Positions 25,116 through 34,432 of a DNA stretch of 41,040 nt are shown in pieces. The position numbers and the translations under genes are program-made. Position 1 is the first letter of the stretch. Every line of letters starts with the position of its first letter. Source of the stretch: a virus. Taxonomy: Duplodnaviria > Caudoviricetes. The DNA lies in the IMG/VR virus record IMGVR_UViG_3300033067_001218, positions 1 to 41,040 of that record; one strand, 5' to 3'. The notes beneath the pieces were generated by a model, which saw nothing but the letters and a program-made list of their open reading frames with translations, ran no database searches and was not told the DNA's origin.

Positions 25116-25294
25116 CCTAGAAAGTGTAATACTAGGTAAAATAGAGACGTATATATAATTACAGATAACGAACCAACAAGCGTAGCTGCGTACTTGTTAC
25201 TATATTCTCCGAGAAATTTTGCTTTCTTCCAGTTTGAAATTAAAGACCACACCATGCCAGCCATTAAAATCATATAAATGATATTTCCTCTCAT
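25112..25294 (-). CDS. Small two-TM membrane protein
   Basis: 60 aa with two hydrophobic segments. Confidence 0.6.
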   Translation of the reverse strand: MRGNIIYMILMAGMVWSLISNWKKAKFLGEYSNKYAATLVGSLSVIIYTSLFYLVLHFLG

Positions 25295-25317
25295 GTGAAA
25301 TTTAGATTAAGTAAGTA

Positions 25318-26178
25318 TTAGTATTCGAGATATTCTGTCATACGCCCATATCCTTCATACCCGTAATAAGGAGACTTCCACTGCTGCTTCTGATCGGGCT
25401 TATTAAACATCCCGGTAATTTGCGCTGAGTTAAGCTTCTGAAGTAAAGAGAGTATTTCCCCCCTCGCTTCCATAAGAGAACCTTCTGAGTAGTGTACGCA
25501 TATAGATTTTGCCGGTGAACACTTATCTACCACATCCAAATATACGTCGCATCTTACATCTTCTGCCTCTTCCGCAAGCAAGTGGTAAAACGCCATCTGA
25601 AATACATAATTTGCAGGATCAAACCTCTCAATGTCCGCACAGGTTTTGAGGTCTCTGATTTGTCGTGCTTCTTTGTCAAAATGGTCAAGCTCTCCTCTGA
25701 GAGGAGGGAAGCCTTCGATTGTGGCTGTAAGAACTGCCTTCGTGTATCGCTTTGCAAAGAGGCTGTTTTCTTGGTGTTCCCCGATGATTTGGAGAATCGT
25801 CCTGTTCTCCGCCCTCGTGAGTTGTATTTTCCCATTGAGGTTTTTAAGTGATTTGAGTTTCTCTACAAGATTAAGGTACGTTTTTGTCTCCTTATTTTTT
25901 GTTTCCTCCATAGTAGCTTCTATCTCCACAATCTTTTCTTCTACGTCCGTCACTGTGGTAGTAACCTCAACGTAATGCTCATCCCACCATTCTTTTCCAT
26001 GAGTAAGATAATCGTCTACTGCTTGTCCTATAATAAAGTAATCAGCCTTTCTTTCTCCAAATGTAGGCTCCGGGATCTCTTGCACATATTTCAAAAAGTA
26101 GCTCCACTCGTCTTCTTTAAATAGTTTTAATTTGTGGGAAGAAATGAAGTCACGGTTCTTTGCGATGTAATCATCCAT
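25318..26178 (-). CDS. PD-(D/E)XK exonuclease (RecE/DUF3799-like)
   Basis: ISSHKLK, IGQAVD, RGELD...IRDLKT, YVFQMAFY; adjacent to Bet. Confidence 0.82.
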   Translation of the reverse strand: MDDYIAKNRDFISSHKLKLFKEDEWSYFLKYVQEIPEPTFGERKADYFIIGQAVDDYLTHGKEWWDEHYVEVTTTVTDVEEKIVEIEATMEETKNKETKTYLNLVEKLKSLKNLNGKIQLTRAENRTILQIIGEHQENSLFAKRYTKAVLTATIEGFPPLRGELDHFDKEARQIRDLKTCADIERFDPANYVFQMAFYHLLAEEAEDVRCDVYLDVVDKCSPAKSICVHYSEGSLMEARGEILSLLQKLNSAQITGMFNKPDQKQQWKSPYYGYEGYGRMTEYLEY

Positions 26179-26351
26179 GTTTTGTAAGGTAATAATTAGG
26201 AATAATAATTTAAATCAGACGCACAATTACTCATTATTTTTTTAAATCTTCTATCATCTCTCTTTGTTCTTCTATAGTTTCAAGAGCAGTTTCTAGCGTT
26301 TTATTATCTAGATCTATTTGATTAAGCTCATATTTTGTCATGTTAATAAAA

Positions 26352-27185
26352 TTAAGAATTAATAAACTCATCCACCTCTTCCGGGGACATTTTCTGTTTT
26401 ACTTCAGTCCGTACTACAGAACTTTCTTCCTCAGAAATCACTACGGCTGATAATTGTTTAATCTTTTCTGTAGCAATTGTTCGTAATGTATCTAATTCAC
26501 TTTCAAGAAACCCCATCTTATTTTCCTTTAACTTTGCTACCACTACGTCAAACTGTTCTTTCGTTGTACAAGCAATAAGCTCCAACTGCATATCCTCTAA
26601 GTTATTCTGTCTTTCTTCATATGATACGCCTCCTGCCTTCACTTCATCTTCATCATACGTGCCTGCAAACAACTCCTGAAACGCCATACGCAACCCTTGT
26701 GCTTCAGCTACCTTTTTTATCATTGTAGCTTTCTTTGTTAACCACAAACTCTTGCCAGTATTATATTCGCTCAGTTCTACATAACAAAAGATAGGCTTAG
26801 AAGAATTACGTCTTTTGACAGAGCAATATGCGCCAACAAGCGTTCCACGATCAGTAAGGGAATATGAATGCACAATCTCTCCTTTTTCTACTTTAAACTC
26901 ATCTTTCGTATACACAGCATCCACTTGATGATACTCATAGTCCGGATTTGCCTGCGCTCCTTTTCTATACCCATCTCGACCTACAAATATTTGAGCGGGA
27001 TTATTCCCATACTTCACCGCCCAAATTTCTTTTAAGTACGGAGAAAGCTTTGTCGCTCTTCCTACTTGAATAAATATTTGCCATTCTCCTTGCGTAAGGT
27101 CTTTTCCGTACAGTTTTTTAATCTCTTCAAGCATCACCTTCTGCTCCCACATATTCTCTATCGTTGCTAACTGAGTAGTTTCCAT
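26352..27185 (-). CDS. bet: Single-strand annealing recombinase, Bet/RecT family
   Basis: LSPYLKEIWAVKY, IFVGRDGYRK, VGAYC, W...ATMIKKVAEAQGLRMAF...GTYDEDE. Confidence 0.9.
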   Translation of the reverse strand: METTQLATIENMWEQKVMLEEIKKLYGKDLTQGEWQIFIQVGRATKLSPYLKEIWAVKYGNNPAQIFVGRDGYRKGAQANPDYEYHQVDAVYTKDEFKVEKGEIVHSYSLTDRGTLVGAYCSVKRRNSSKPIFCYVELSEYNTGKSLWLTKKATMIKKVAEAQGLRMAFQELFAGTYDEDEVKAGGVSYEERQNNLEDMQLELIACTTKEQFDVVVAKLKENKMGFLESELDTLRTIATEKIKQLSAVVISEEESSVVRTEVKQKMSPEEVDEFINS

Positions 27186-27419
27186 TGTTATAAAGTTACC
27201 ATTTAAATACTCCCAACACAAAGCATATACCCGGAATAGTAAAGAATCCTAAAAGGAATCCATACACAAATTGTCGTAAATCACTCATCGTAAGAAAGTA
27301 GGAAATAAATAAAAAACAATATTCATTAACGCATAAAACAAACCTATCCCAAGCGTAAATCCTAGCATGATTGCTGAATTGTCAGTGTCCATACGTGTTT
27401 TGTTAAGTAATACATACAT

Positions 27420-27448
27420 AATATATACCATACATGTAGCATATGCAA
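27420..27448 (-). promoter_or_regulatory. Sigma70-like promoter of the recombination operon
   Basis: TTGCAT-N17-TATATT. Confidence 0.6.
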
Positions 27449-27457
27449 GAGTTTTTT

Positions 27458-27811
27458 TTAAAAACCTATATCTTGCTGTACTACTGACTGTTTCGGACTA
27501 TTTCCAACCATTTCTGACTTTAGCTGATTTACCACTGATTTTGTCTTATTTTGGATTATTTCATCTGAAATTGGATTATTTGTGCTTTTTTCTCCTTCTT
27601 TATCTTTCCGCAACCTCTCTTTCGCATATGCCTGCATAGATGGGGTAATTTGAGATACGTAATGAACAGTAGGATTATCTTCTATAATATACGTATACAC
27701 TTTCAATTCAGTTGCTCCATAAAAATCTTGATAGCAAAAACAATTTACTGTAATTGGATGTCTTGTTCCGTATCCGCAGATAAATCCTTCCGATTGTTTT
27801 GTGTTATACAT
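27458..27811 (-). CDS. Hypothetical protein
   Basis: 117 aa overlapping the end of the RNase H gene. Confidence 0.68.
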   Translation of the reverse strand: MYNTKQSEGFICGYGTRHPITVNCFCYQDFYGATELKVYTYIIEDNPTVHYVSQITPSMQAYAKERLRKDKEGEKSTNNPISDEIIQNKTKSVVNQLKSEMVGNSPKQSVVQQDIGF

Positions 27812-28226
27812 AAAAACTTTGGTTTACAGTATATAGACTTCGCTTACTAAGCATATCAGCAATACTGTTTTCTTCTCTAGGAATCCATTGAAAATGTATA
27901 GAAGTGAAATTCGTAAGAAGTTCTGCAATCTGTGCTTTGAAGTTATTCATACGCTGATTATTCGTTGTTTTCCACGGTCTACTTGCTCCATTTACTACAA
28001 TCATAGAATCAAGAAAAAACTGTGCGTCTCTTATATCATGAGAAATAAGAATCTGCATTGCCTCAATAACAGCCATATACTCAGCCTCATTATTACTTAT
28101 TCCAAGTAGTCTCTTTGACACTTGTATGTGTAACTCTGGAATGTAAATACCAATGCCTATATAAGAAACTGTTCCCAACTTCCCATTCATACCTTCCGTA
28201 GCACCATCTGTGAAAACTGTAACCAT
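27804..28226 (-). CDS. rnhA: Ribonuclease HI family protein
   Basis: VFTDGA, SNNEAEYMA, DSMIVVN, WIPREENSIADMLS (D-E-D-D catalytic set). Confidence 0.9.
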   Translation of the reverse strand: MVTVFTDGATEGMNGKLGTVSYIGIGIYIPELHIQVSKRLLGISNNEAEYMAVIEAMQILISHDIRDAQFFLDSMIVVNGASRPWKTTNNQRMNNFKAQIAELLTNFTSIHFQWIPREENSIADMLSKRSLYTVNQSFYV

Positions 28227-28254
28227 GTTTTGTTATAAAAAAGTAACTAATAAA

Positions 28255-28722
28255 CATCTTCATGAAGGCTCGATTGATCTGGTGCGAGATTCCCCCTACC
28301 CCCACAGTAAAAATAACTGTAAGTGTAAGGTGATCAATTGAGACTTTCCTGTGTAAACAGAACTAATCTGTTCGCTATTCGCATCGTCGATAAGACCATA
28401 CGTTAGCCTACTTCACATACATTACTCCCCAAGTTAGGACATCATGAGAGCCGTATGCCGTAAGCGTCCCCGGAAGTACCACACTCCCTTACTTTGTACG
28501 TACCTAGCTTACGAACAGAATCGGTACTCAGTCCAAAGTATCTACCTGTTTTTATCAGGACTCGACCACACTCCCCCTCCAGATAGTGTAGCCGAGTTAT
28601 AACAAAAAAAGACTCTCACCGATAGCCGTTCTAAAACAGCTATACGTGACAATCTTTTTTTAAGAGTGTGTATATACCAATCTTAGAGCGAATATTCTAT
28701 CGGTGTTACGTGTTTGACGTAC
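28255..28722 (-). ncRNA. Candidate large structured RNA / leader upstream of RNase HI
   Basis: ~470 nt with no credible ORF and higher GC; several long stems with G-U pairs on the minus strand; upstream promoter. Confidence 0.6.
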
Positions 28723-28728
28723 AAAGAC

Positions 28729-28757
28729 AAGATACACCTCCACAAATACTTATGCAA
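28729..28757 (-). promoter_or_regulatory. Sigma70-like promoter for the structured region
   Basis: TTGCAT-N17-TATCTT. Confidence 0.55.
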
Positions 28758-28790
28758 GATCTTCTCTATTTACACACTTGTTTTTATGTT

Positions 28791-29150
28791 TTATTTTATG
28801 TTAATCATATTACGTATTTCTTTTGTAAACTCTTTAAACGTCTCTTTCATTTCGTGAGTAAATTCTTTAAATGTATCTTTTATTTCTTGAATATCTCTTT
28901 CGGTTTTGCTGACGATTGTGGTTACTTTAATCATATCTTTGTCTACTACTTGGTATCTGTCTGTCATTTTCTCTTCTATACGATCCATTCTCTCGTTATC
29001 TTTCAATCTATCATTTCCTAGTTGTGTTATTTGCGCTTGGATGGTTTGGTTACTTTGTGTGTATTTGCCAGTGAAATACGCTAATGTAAGTAAGTAGGTG
29101 ATAAGAGAAAAACCAAATGCAGCAAGAGAAATAAGTGTACCAGTCTCCAT
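28791..29150 (-). CDS. TM plus coiled-coil protein (lysis-associated)
   Basis: N-terminal TM helix, heptad-rich tail, follows the holin/CHAP genes. Confidence 0.6.
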   Translation of the reverse strand: METGTLISLAAFGFSLITYLLTLAYFTGKYTQSNQTIQAQITQLGNDRLKDNERMDRIEEKMTDRYQVVDKDMIKVTTIVSKTERDIQEIKDTFKEFTHEMKETFKEFTKEIRNMINIK

Positions 29151-29250
29151 AAAAACTATCGTAGGTGAAGAATATAGGAAATAAGGTCTGAACAGACGAG
29201 AAAGATCAGAAAGAGTAAAATTGCAATAGGAAGAGCTATAACATGCTTCA

Positions 29251-29505
29251 TTACTTTTTAGGTAAAGATGTGTTTACTTGCGTAGAAGAATCCACCGTAG
29301 GCGATCCTATGACTGAACTTGGTGTTGTAGGGAAATAATGCTTCACCACTTCTCGTACTAAAAGAGAAAGCAACCCTGCAACAAGCAAAATTCCTCCTCC
29401 TACATACTCTTTCGTAACGATTCCAAGCATCCCGGAATTAATAAGCATAATACCAATTCCCATAATACCACCATTTACATACGCTGACGTAATGTCTGGC
29501 TTCAT
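29251..29505 (-). CDS. Putative holin
   Basis: 84 aa with two TM helices, adjacent to the CHAP enzyme. Confidence 0.55.
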   Translation of the reverse strand: MKPDITSAYVNGGIMGIGIMLINSGMLGIVTKEYVGGGILLVAGLLSLLVREVVKHYFPTTPSSVIGSPTVDSSTQVNTSLPKK

Positions 29506-29506
29506 G

Positions 29507-30088
29507 TTATTTTTTATTAATCATATATAAATAAAGTTTGCGAACTAAAGAAAACCCTTCTGCTCTTGTCATTGTATCACGTGGACGATCTCCTTTTGAA
29601 ATATCAGTATCTTGTACAAATTTAACAGCTTCTTTCTCCCACTCTTCTAATTCCTGCATAGTATCAGTAGTTATTTGTAAACCTTCTGTAAATCCAACTA
29701 ATCCTCGTTTCTTTAAATCATCCACCGTCCCAGTCATTCTTCTAAAATTCTCCTTATCATCATAATTTGATTCACTCCATGTTATTTTTCCATCAGGGTA
29801 TACTTCTTCAACAACCAATACATGTCCATATGGAGCTGCAATATTAAAAAGAGCTACACTTCCCACACTAGGAAACCCCTGCGTAATACGTCTCTTTTTC
29901 TCTACGAAGAGATCTGAGAAATATCCTGGTATTCCTATCACGTCATTACAGTACATTGCACATTGTCGTCTTTTAGAAAACAACTTCCCATTTTTTGTAG
30001 GGCAATCAATATAAATACCGTTCTTTGTGGATAAGATGGGATAGACAGCACGCTCTAATGAAAATGATGGTGAGCTTTTGAATGTCAT
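29507..30088 (-). CDS. CHAP-domain amidase/peptidase (putative endolysin)
   Basis: QCAMYCND...YGHVLVVE...SESNY; SLH-like tail WEKEAVKF...PRDTMTRAE. Confidence 0.8.
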   Translation of the reverse strand: MTFKSSPSFSLERAVYPILSTKNGIYIDCPTKNGKLFSKRRQCAMYCNDVIGIPGYFSDLFVEKKRRITQGFPSVGSVALFNIAAPYGHVLVVEEVYPDGKITWSESNYDDKENFRRMTGTVDDLKKRGLVGFTEGLQITTDTMQELEEWEKEAVKFVQDTDISKGDRPRDTMTRAEGFSLVRKLYLYMINKK

Positions 30089-30099
30089 AAGGAAGAGTA

Positions 30100-33000
30100 T
30101 TATTTAAATATTGCTTCTGCTGTATCGAGTGCTTTTTGTTGTTCTTCAGCTGAATTATACCGCTGTCCTTTGATTAAGTAAATGAGTCCATTCTTGAAGT
30201 CATACGGACTAAGACCTTTTGCTTTCTCTACCGCAATTTTCTTATACTTCTTTGCTGATTCAATATCTCCACTCTTTGCAGCCTCTAATGCTTTTGTGTA
30301 GTTATCATATGCTTCACGTGAGTTCACTACAGCTTGTGTAGATGATGCTTGTGTCTGCTTATCTATGTTTTGTAACGCATCAATCTCAGGCCCAGCTAAC
30401 TCCATTTTTCCTTTCAATGCAAGAGCAGTATTATCAGCCTGTTCCGGTGTAAGACTATTAAGTAGATCGTCTAATTCTTTACTCTTCGCTTCGATCTTCG
30501 CAGCATTTCCGGGTATATCGCCTTGTTGCTGTAATGCTAAGACATCTGCTTTGATTTGTTTTACCTTTAACGCAGTATCTACACCCACTTTTGCATCTCC
30601 CGTTGTTTTAGAACGTGTGAATATTTTCAATGGTAACTCTAATGCTTTTAATCCACTCTTTATTGGATCTTCACCATTCATCATCTTAGACGCACCTAAA
30701 ATATATGGGTGGTTTACTTTCCCAAATACGTATTTAGCTATATCTCCTACCGCACCTTGTAGTGTAGCAGTCTCTCCTTTTCCCACATTATCAGCCGTTT
30801 GGTAAATTGGTTTTCCAGAAAAGTCTGTATTTGTTCCTAAATCTTGTGCAACTTGCCCTCCCACAGAAGAAAACGAAGATAATGCTTTTACAGCTCCAGC
30901 AGGGTCAATATGAGCAAGTGAGTTTCCAGCTTTTACTAATGCTGTAGGAATACTCTTCATGCCCGGCATCCACTCTAATTCCCAATCAGTACCATCACCA
31001 CGAGGAACAAGTAAAGACCCCCATTTATTACTTGGATTGTTTATCATTAAATTGCCTGTGAGCTTCAACTGTGCAGCATTCATAATTGCATATGTCATAA
31101 TTGCACCAGCAACTAATCTTCTATTCATTTTATACGCAGGATTTTTTATCTCTGTAGACACCGATTTAAGCGCATTTCCTAATGTGCTAATCATCGCTTC
31201 TTTAAATCGAGGAGCTAAGAATAGTGTATTAAGAAGGTTTTGCATATTAACGCTTCTTCCGGACGCATTAGGATCTTTCATATTAAACGTCTTACCTACC
31301 GTTTCCCCTGCTAATTTTTTAGCTTCTTCATATGGCATACCTTTCTTTACAGCAGCATCTCGTAAGTCTATATACATACCACGTATTATTGATGGCATTA
31401 CATCTCCAAATGTTGATTTGGCAGAATTTTGGAAAATATTATCCCACGTCCACTTACCTTTCTCTAATAATTGCTTTCCTGTATTTAACAGTTTTTCTTT
31501 TACAGTTCCATCAGCAGTTCCTTGATGTTTTGGCGTATTAAGGTATTGCTTCTCAAAATCAGCAGAAGATGAAATAACTTGCCCTAACTCTGCTAGTTCT
31601 TTATCTGCAATTCTATTTTGAGGCTCTTTATGTTTCGCAATATTTACTTCATCTCCTCGTAATGTAGCACGGGCAATATCTTTCAACACTTTAGGTCTAC
31701 CCATCATTAGAGCATTATTTGCCTGTAATGTCACATACGAGTTAATACCCTTATATCCTCCCGCAAGTATAATATCTGTTATGCTTTTATTTGCATCACC
31801 GGTAAATTGAAGAGCAGCGTCTCCTTCTTTATTAAAAGCTTTTTCAAGAAATTTAGCTATATTCGGAGGTGCCATCATGTCAGCAGGTATACCGGGAACA
31901 TTAGGGTGTTTCCAATTATTACCATATTCACTTCCTCGTACTCGTTCACCCGGTAATAGTAGTTTTTCTTCAATAAGTGAGTTATAAAATGCTTTATTTG
32001 CTTTCGCTTTTCCAGCCTCTGTAACTAATTCTCCAATATATGGAGCAGGATGAGAATACTTCTTTGTAAGCCCCATACTTTCTGCTGTTCTATAATCTGG
32101 AATTACTTTATTTTTTGCGAAGAATGGTACAGTTCCAACTCCCTTACTCTTCATTATTTTCATAACCTCTCTCGCACCATCTGCATAAATACCGGGGAAA
32201 TAGTTTGGTATATCTCCTACTTCTACTCCTGTAGCACGAACTTGGTCTCTCACAGGATCTATGTTGTTCTTACGTAACTCCTTCACGATATTTAAAGCAT
32301 TTGTAAAATCAAACCCATGTTTTGCGGCTGTTTCTTTATCTGGATGTTGAATAAAATCTATAAATGTATTACCTACTCTCGCACGTTCTGCACGTAGTTG
32401 TTTTGGAGATAATTTATCCACATTAGGTATAAGTGGATCTACTACCGTATCTAATTTATCTGCCGCTATATTTCCCTCACTTTTTGCGACAGCTAGATCT
32501 TTTGCTCTTTGCGCAAACGCTTTTTGTATAGGTTCCGGGAGTTGTTTTTCAGGGAATAATTTATCTACAACATACCCTTTTATGCCACTTCCAGCTATTT
32601 GTTGATCTCGTAGTGTGGCATCACGTACATCATTCTTACTCGCTTCTGTGGCAGTTGCACTTTCTCTCTGTCTCTGCATAAAGTTGTTGTATGCTTCCTC
32701 TCCTCCTTGACCTGCTCTTGTTGGTTCTGATTTAGACAAACTATCAAACTCTAAAACATCGTTTACAGTTGTATCTGCTTGTTGTTGTTCTTTCTTACTT
32801 TTTGATTTTTTCACCTCTGCATTAGCTTCTTTAACCGCTTTCACAATATCCCCTAATGGCTTAATAGGATCTGCACCACTCATCATAGTTGTTTTTGTAG
32901 GCAGATAACTTTTCTCTAAACTAGACAATAATGCAGCTCTTGCTTCCGGAGTTTTTGCAATATCATAAATGCCTTTCATTCCTTTTACTCCTGTTTTTGC

Positions 33001-33804
33001 AGATAATCCTACAGCGGCTCCTAATGCTGTCTGACCTCCTAAATCCACCACCTCACCAAGTTTATCAGCTTGTTCTTGTCCTATAATATTACGAATTGCT
33101 GTACCCGGTTCTGCAATAAACTCGCCCGGAGTAGCACGTCCAGAATAAAACCTTCTTGCATCCTGCCCAAGTTCTCCAATTTTATTGAAAATACCTTCTA
33201 CTCCTTTTGCTACAGGAGCAACATTAGATTTATCGCTAGACAATGCCTCTAATGCACGAGAAAGAACAGCACTAGGGTACTGCATACCAATATTTAACCC
33301 AGCAGCGGTGGTAGGTAATACTCCTTTCCCAACATCTTGAGGATTTGAAGGTCTTCCACTAAATAAATTTGTAACTGCTTTTCCTGCATTCTGTATATTA
33401 GGGTCGTTTGCTGCTTTGACTACTTCTTTTCCAACATTTGTCGCCCCCTCAATAGCTCCAGAATAAAGAGCGTCCGGTAGACTACCTCGTATTCTTTGTG
33501 TCTGTAGATTGAGTAATGTATCTCTTACTTTACTAAAAACATCTGCTTTTTCACCAGTTTGCGAATCAGCACTTTCTTCTTTCCCAGTTGGTTTAGAGAT
33601 TGTAGTATTTTTCACCTTCGCTTTTGCAAGACTAGCAGCAAACGCCTCATTCTGCTTCTGTTTTGCAATCTCATTTGCTCTTTTTTGTTGTTCAAGTGCT
33701 TGACTCACTTGTTTTAACTTCAAAAGAGACGATGGATTTGTCGCAGTAGAAAGCGTTTGTCCAACCTTACCCGGCAAGTTAGCCAGTGTATCAAAGAATC
33801 CCAT
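30100..33804 (-). CDS. Large internal virion / DNA ejection protein
   Basis: 1234 aa, A/K/G-rich and helical; last gene of the tail block, as in podoviruses. Confidence 0.65.
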   Translation of the reverse strand: MGFFDTLANLPGKVGQTLSTATNPSSLLKLKQVSQALEQQKRANEIAKQKQNEAFAASLAKAKVKNTTISKPTGKEESADSQTGEKADVFSKVRDTLLNLQTQRIRGSLPDALYSGAIEGATNVGKEVVKAANDPNIQNAGKAVTNLFSGRPSNPQDVGKGVLPTTAAGLNIGMQYPSAVLSRALEALSSDKSNVAPVAKGVEGIFNKIGELGQDARRFYSGRATPGEFIAEPGTAIRNIIGQEQADKLGEVVDLGGQTALGAAVGLSAKTGVKGMKGIYDIAKTPEARAALLSSLEKSYLPTKTTMMSGADPIKPLGDIVKAVKEANAEVKKSKSKKEQQQADTTVNDVLEFDSLSKSEPTRAGQGGEEAYNNFMQRQRESATATEASKNDVRDATLRDQQIAGSGIKGYVVDKLFPEKQLPEPIQKAFAQRAKDLAVAKSEGNIAADKLDTVVDPLIPNVDKLSPKQLRAERARVGNTFIDFIQHPDKETAAKHGFDFTNALNIVKELRKNNIDPVRDQVRATGVEVGDIPNYFPGIYADGAREVMKIMKSKGVGTVPFFAKNKVIPDYRTAESMGLTKKYSHPAPYIGELVTEAGKAKANKAFYNSLIEEKLLLPGERVRGSEYGNNWKHPNVPGIPADMMAPPNIAKFLEKAFNKEGDAALQFTGDANKSITDIILAGGYKGINSYVTLQANNALMMGRPKVLKDIARATLRGDEVNIAKHKEPQNRIADKELAELGQVISSSADFEKQYLNTPKHQGTADGTVKEKLLNTGKQLLEKGKWTWDNIFQNSAKSTFGDVMPSIIRGMYIDLRDAAVKKGMPYEEAKKLAGETVGKTFNMKDPNASGRSVNMQNLLNTLFLAPRFKEAMISTLGNALKSVSTEIKNPAYKMNRRLVAGAIMTYAIMNAAQLKLTGNLMINNPSNKWGSLLVPRGDGTDWELEWMPGMKSIPTALVKAGNSLAHIDPAGAVKALSSFSSVGGQVAQDLGTNTDFSGKPIYQTADNVGKGETATLQGAVGDIAKYVFGKVNHPYILGASKMMNGEDPIKSGLKALELPLKIFTRSKTTGDAKVGVDTALKVKQIKADVLALQQQGDIPGNAAKIEAKSKELDDLLNSLTPEQADNTALALKGKMELAGPEIDALQNIDKQTQASSTQAVVNSREAYDNYTKALEAAKSGDIESAKKYKKIAVEKAKGLSPYDFKNGLIYLIKGQRYNSAEEQQKALDTAEAIFK

Positions 33805-33806
33805 AG

Positions 33807-34430
33807 TTATAGGTTTAGTAATGTATCATAAGCATCTTTCTTTGAAGAAGATAATTTTCCAAATAAGTTTTGTATAGGAGTAGTGACCTGTGACGAGAAA
33901 GAAGTAGCTCCTTTTTTAAGTGTATTCAATGCGTCTATAGGGGTAGTAGTTTTTTTAACTGGAGCTGTGCTATATCCATAACTTGTCTCTGGTGCTTGCT
34001 TCCCAGTAGTTCGCTCTGTATTTTCTCCTACTAAAGGTGCTGTAAACCCAGCTAGTTTTCTTGCTTTTAATGTATTCATCGTTGTCCAGATTCTTCTGAA
34101 TCCACCTCTTCCATCATAGTTTGACTCTGAGATAAGTATTTTATCACCGTCTGTATCTTCTACCATTCCAACGTGACCATATCCACTATTACTTAACACA
34201 AAAGCAGCACCCGGTAAAGGAGGCTGACCTTCAATAACATGAGTTAGTTTTGATTGTAACGAGTCTGCAAACACTTTCTTTCCAATAGCATCATTTACAT
34301 ACTCTCCACATTGCCTTCTACTACTCGCAAGTTTTGTTGTCCCGTTTTGCGTAATTGTTGGTGTTTCAAAGGCTATTCCACCTGTATCAGTAATAGAAGC
34401 ATTATATTTACTTAGCCCACTAACCGGCAC
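33807..34430 (-). CDS. CHAP-domain protein (putative virion-associated hydrolase)
   Basis: QCGEYVND...YGHVGMVE...ISESNY; GTG start; lies between ejection-like genes. Confidence 0.78.
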   Translation of the reverse strand: MPVSGLSKYNASITDTGGIAFETPTITQNGTTKLASSRRQCGEYVNDAIGKKVFADSLQSKLTHVIEGQPPLPGAAFVLSNSGYGHVGMVEDTDGDKILISESNYDGRGGFRRIWTTMNTLKARKLAGFTAPLVGENTERTTGKQAPETSYGYSTAPVKKTTTPIDALNTLKKGATSFSSQVTTPIQNLFGKLSSSKKDAYDTLLNL

Positions 34431-34432
34431 TG

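Noticed and set aside
27804-28722. Retron (ncRNA plus RNase H)
   Set aside because: No reverse transcriptase (YADD-type motif) is recognisable anywhere in the window
28093-29021. ORFs 28093-28305 (-) and 28668-29021 (+) as genes
   Set aside because: They overlap real genes out of frame or antisense, have implausible composition, and do not explain the paired stems
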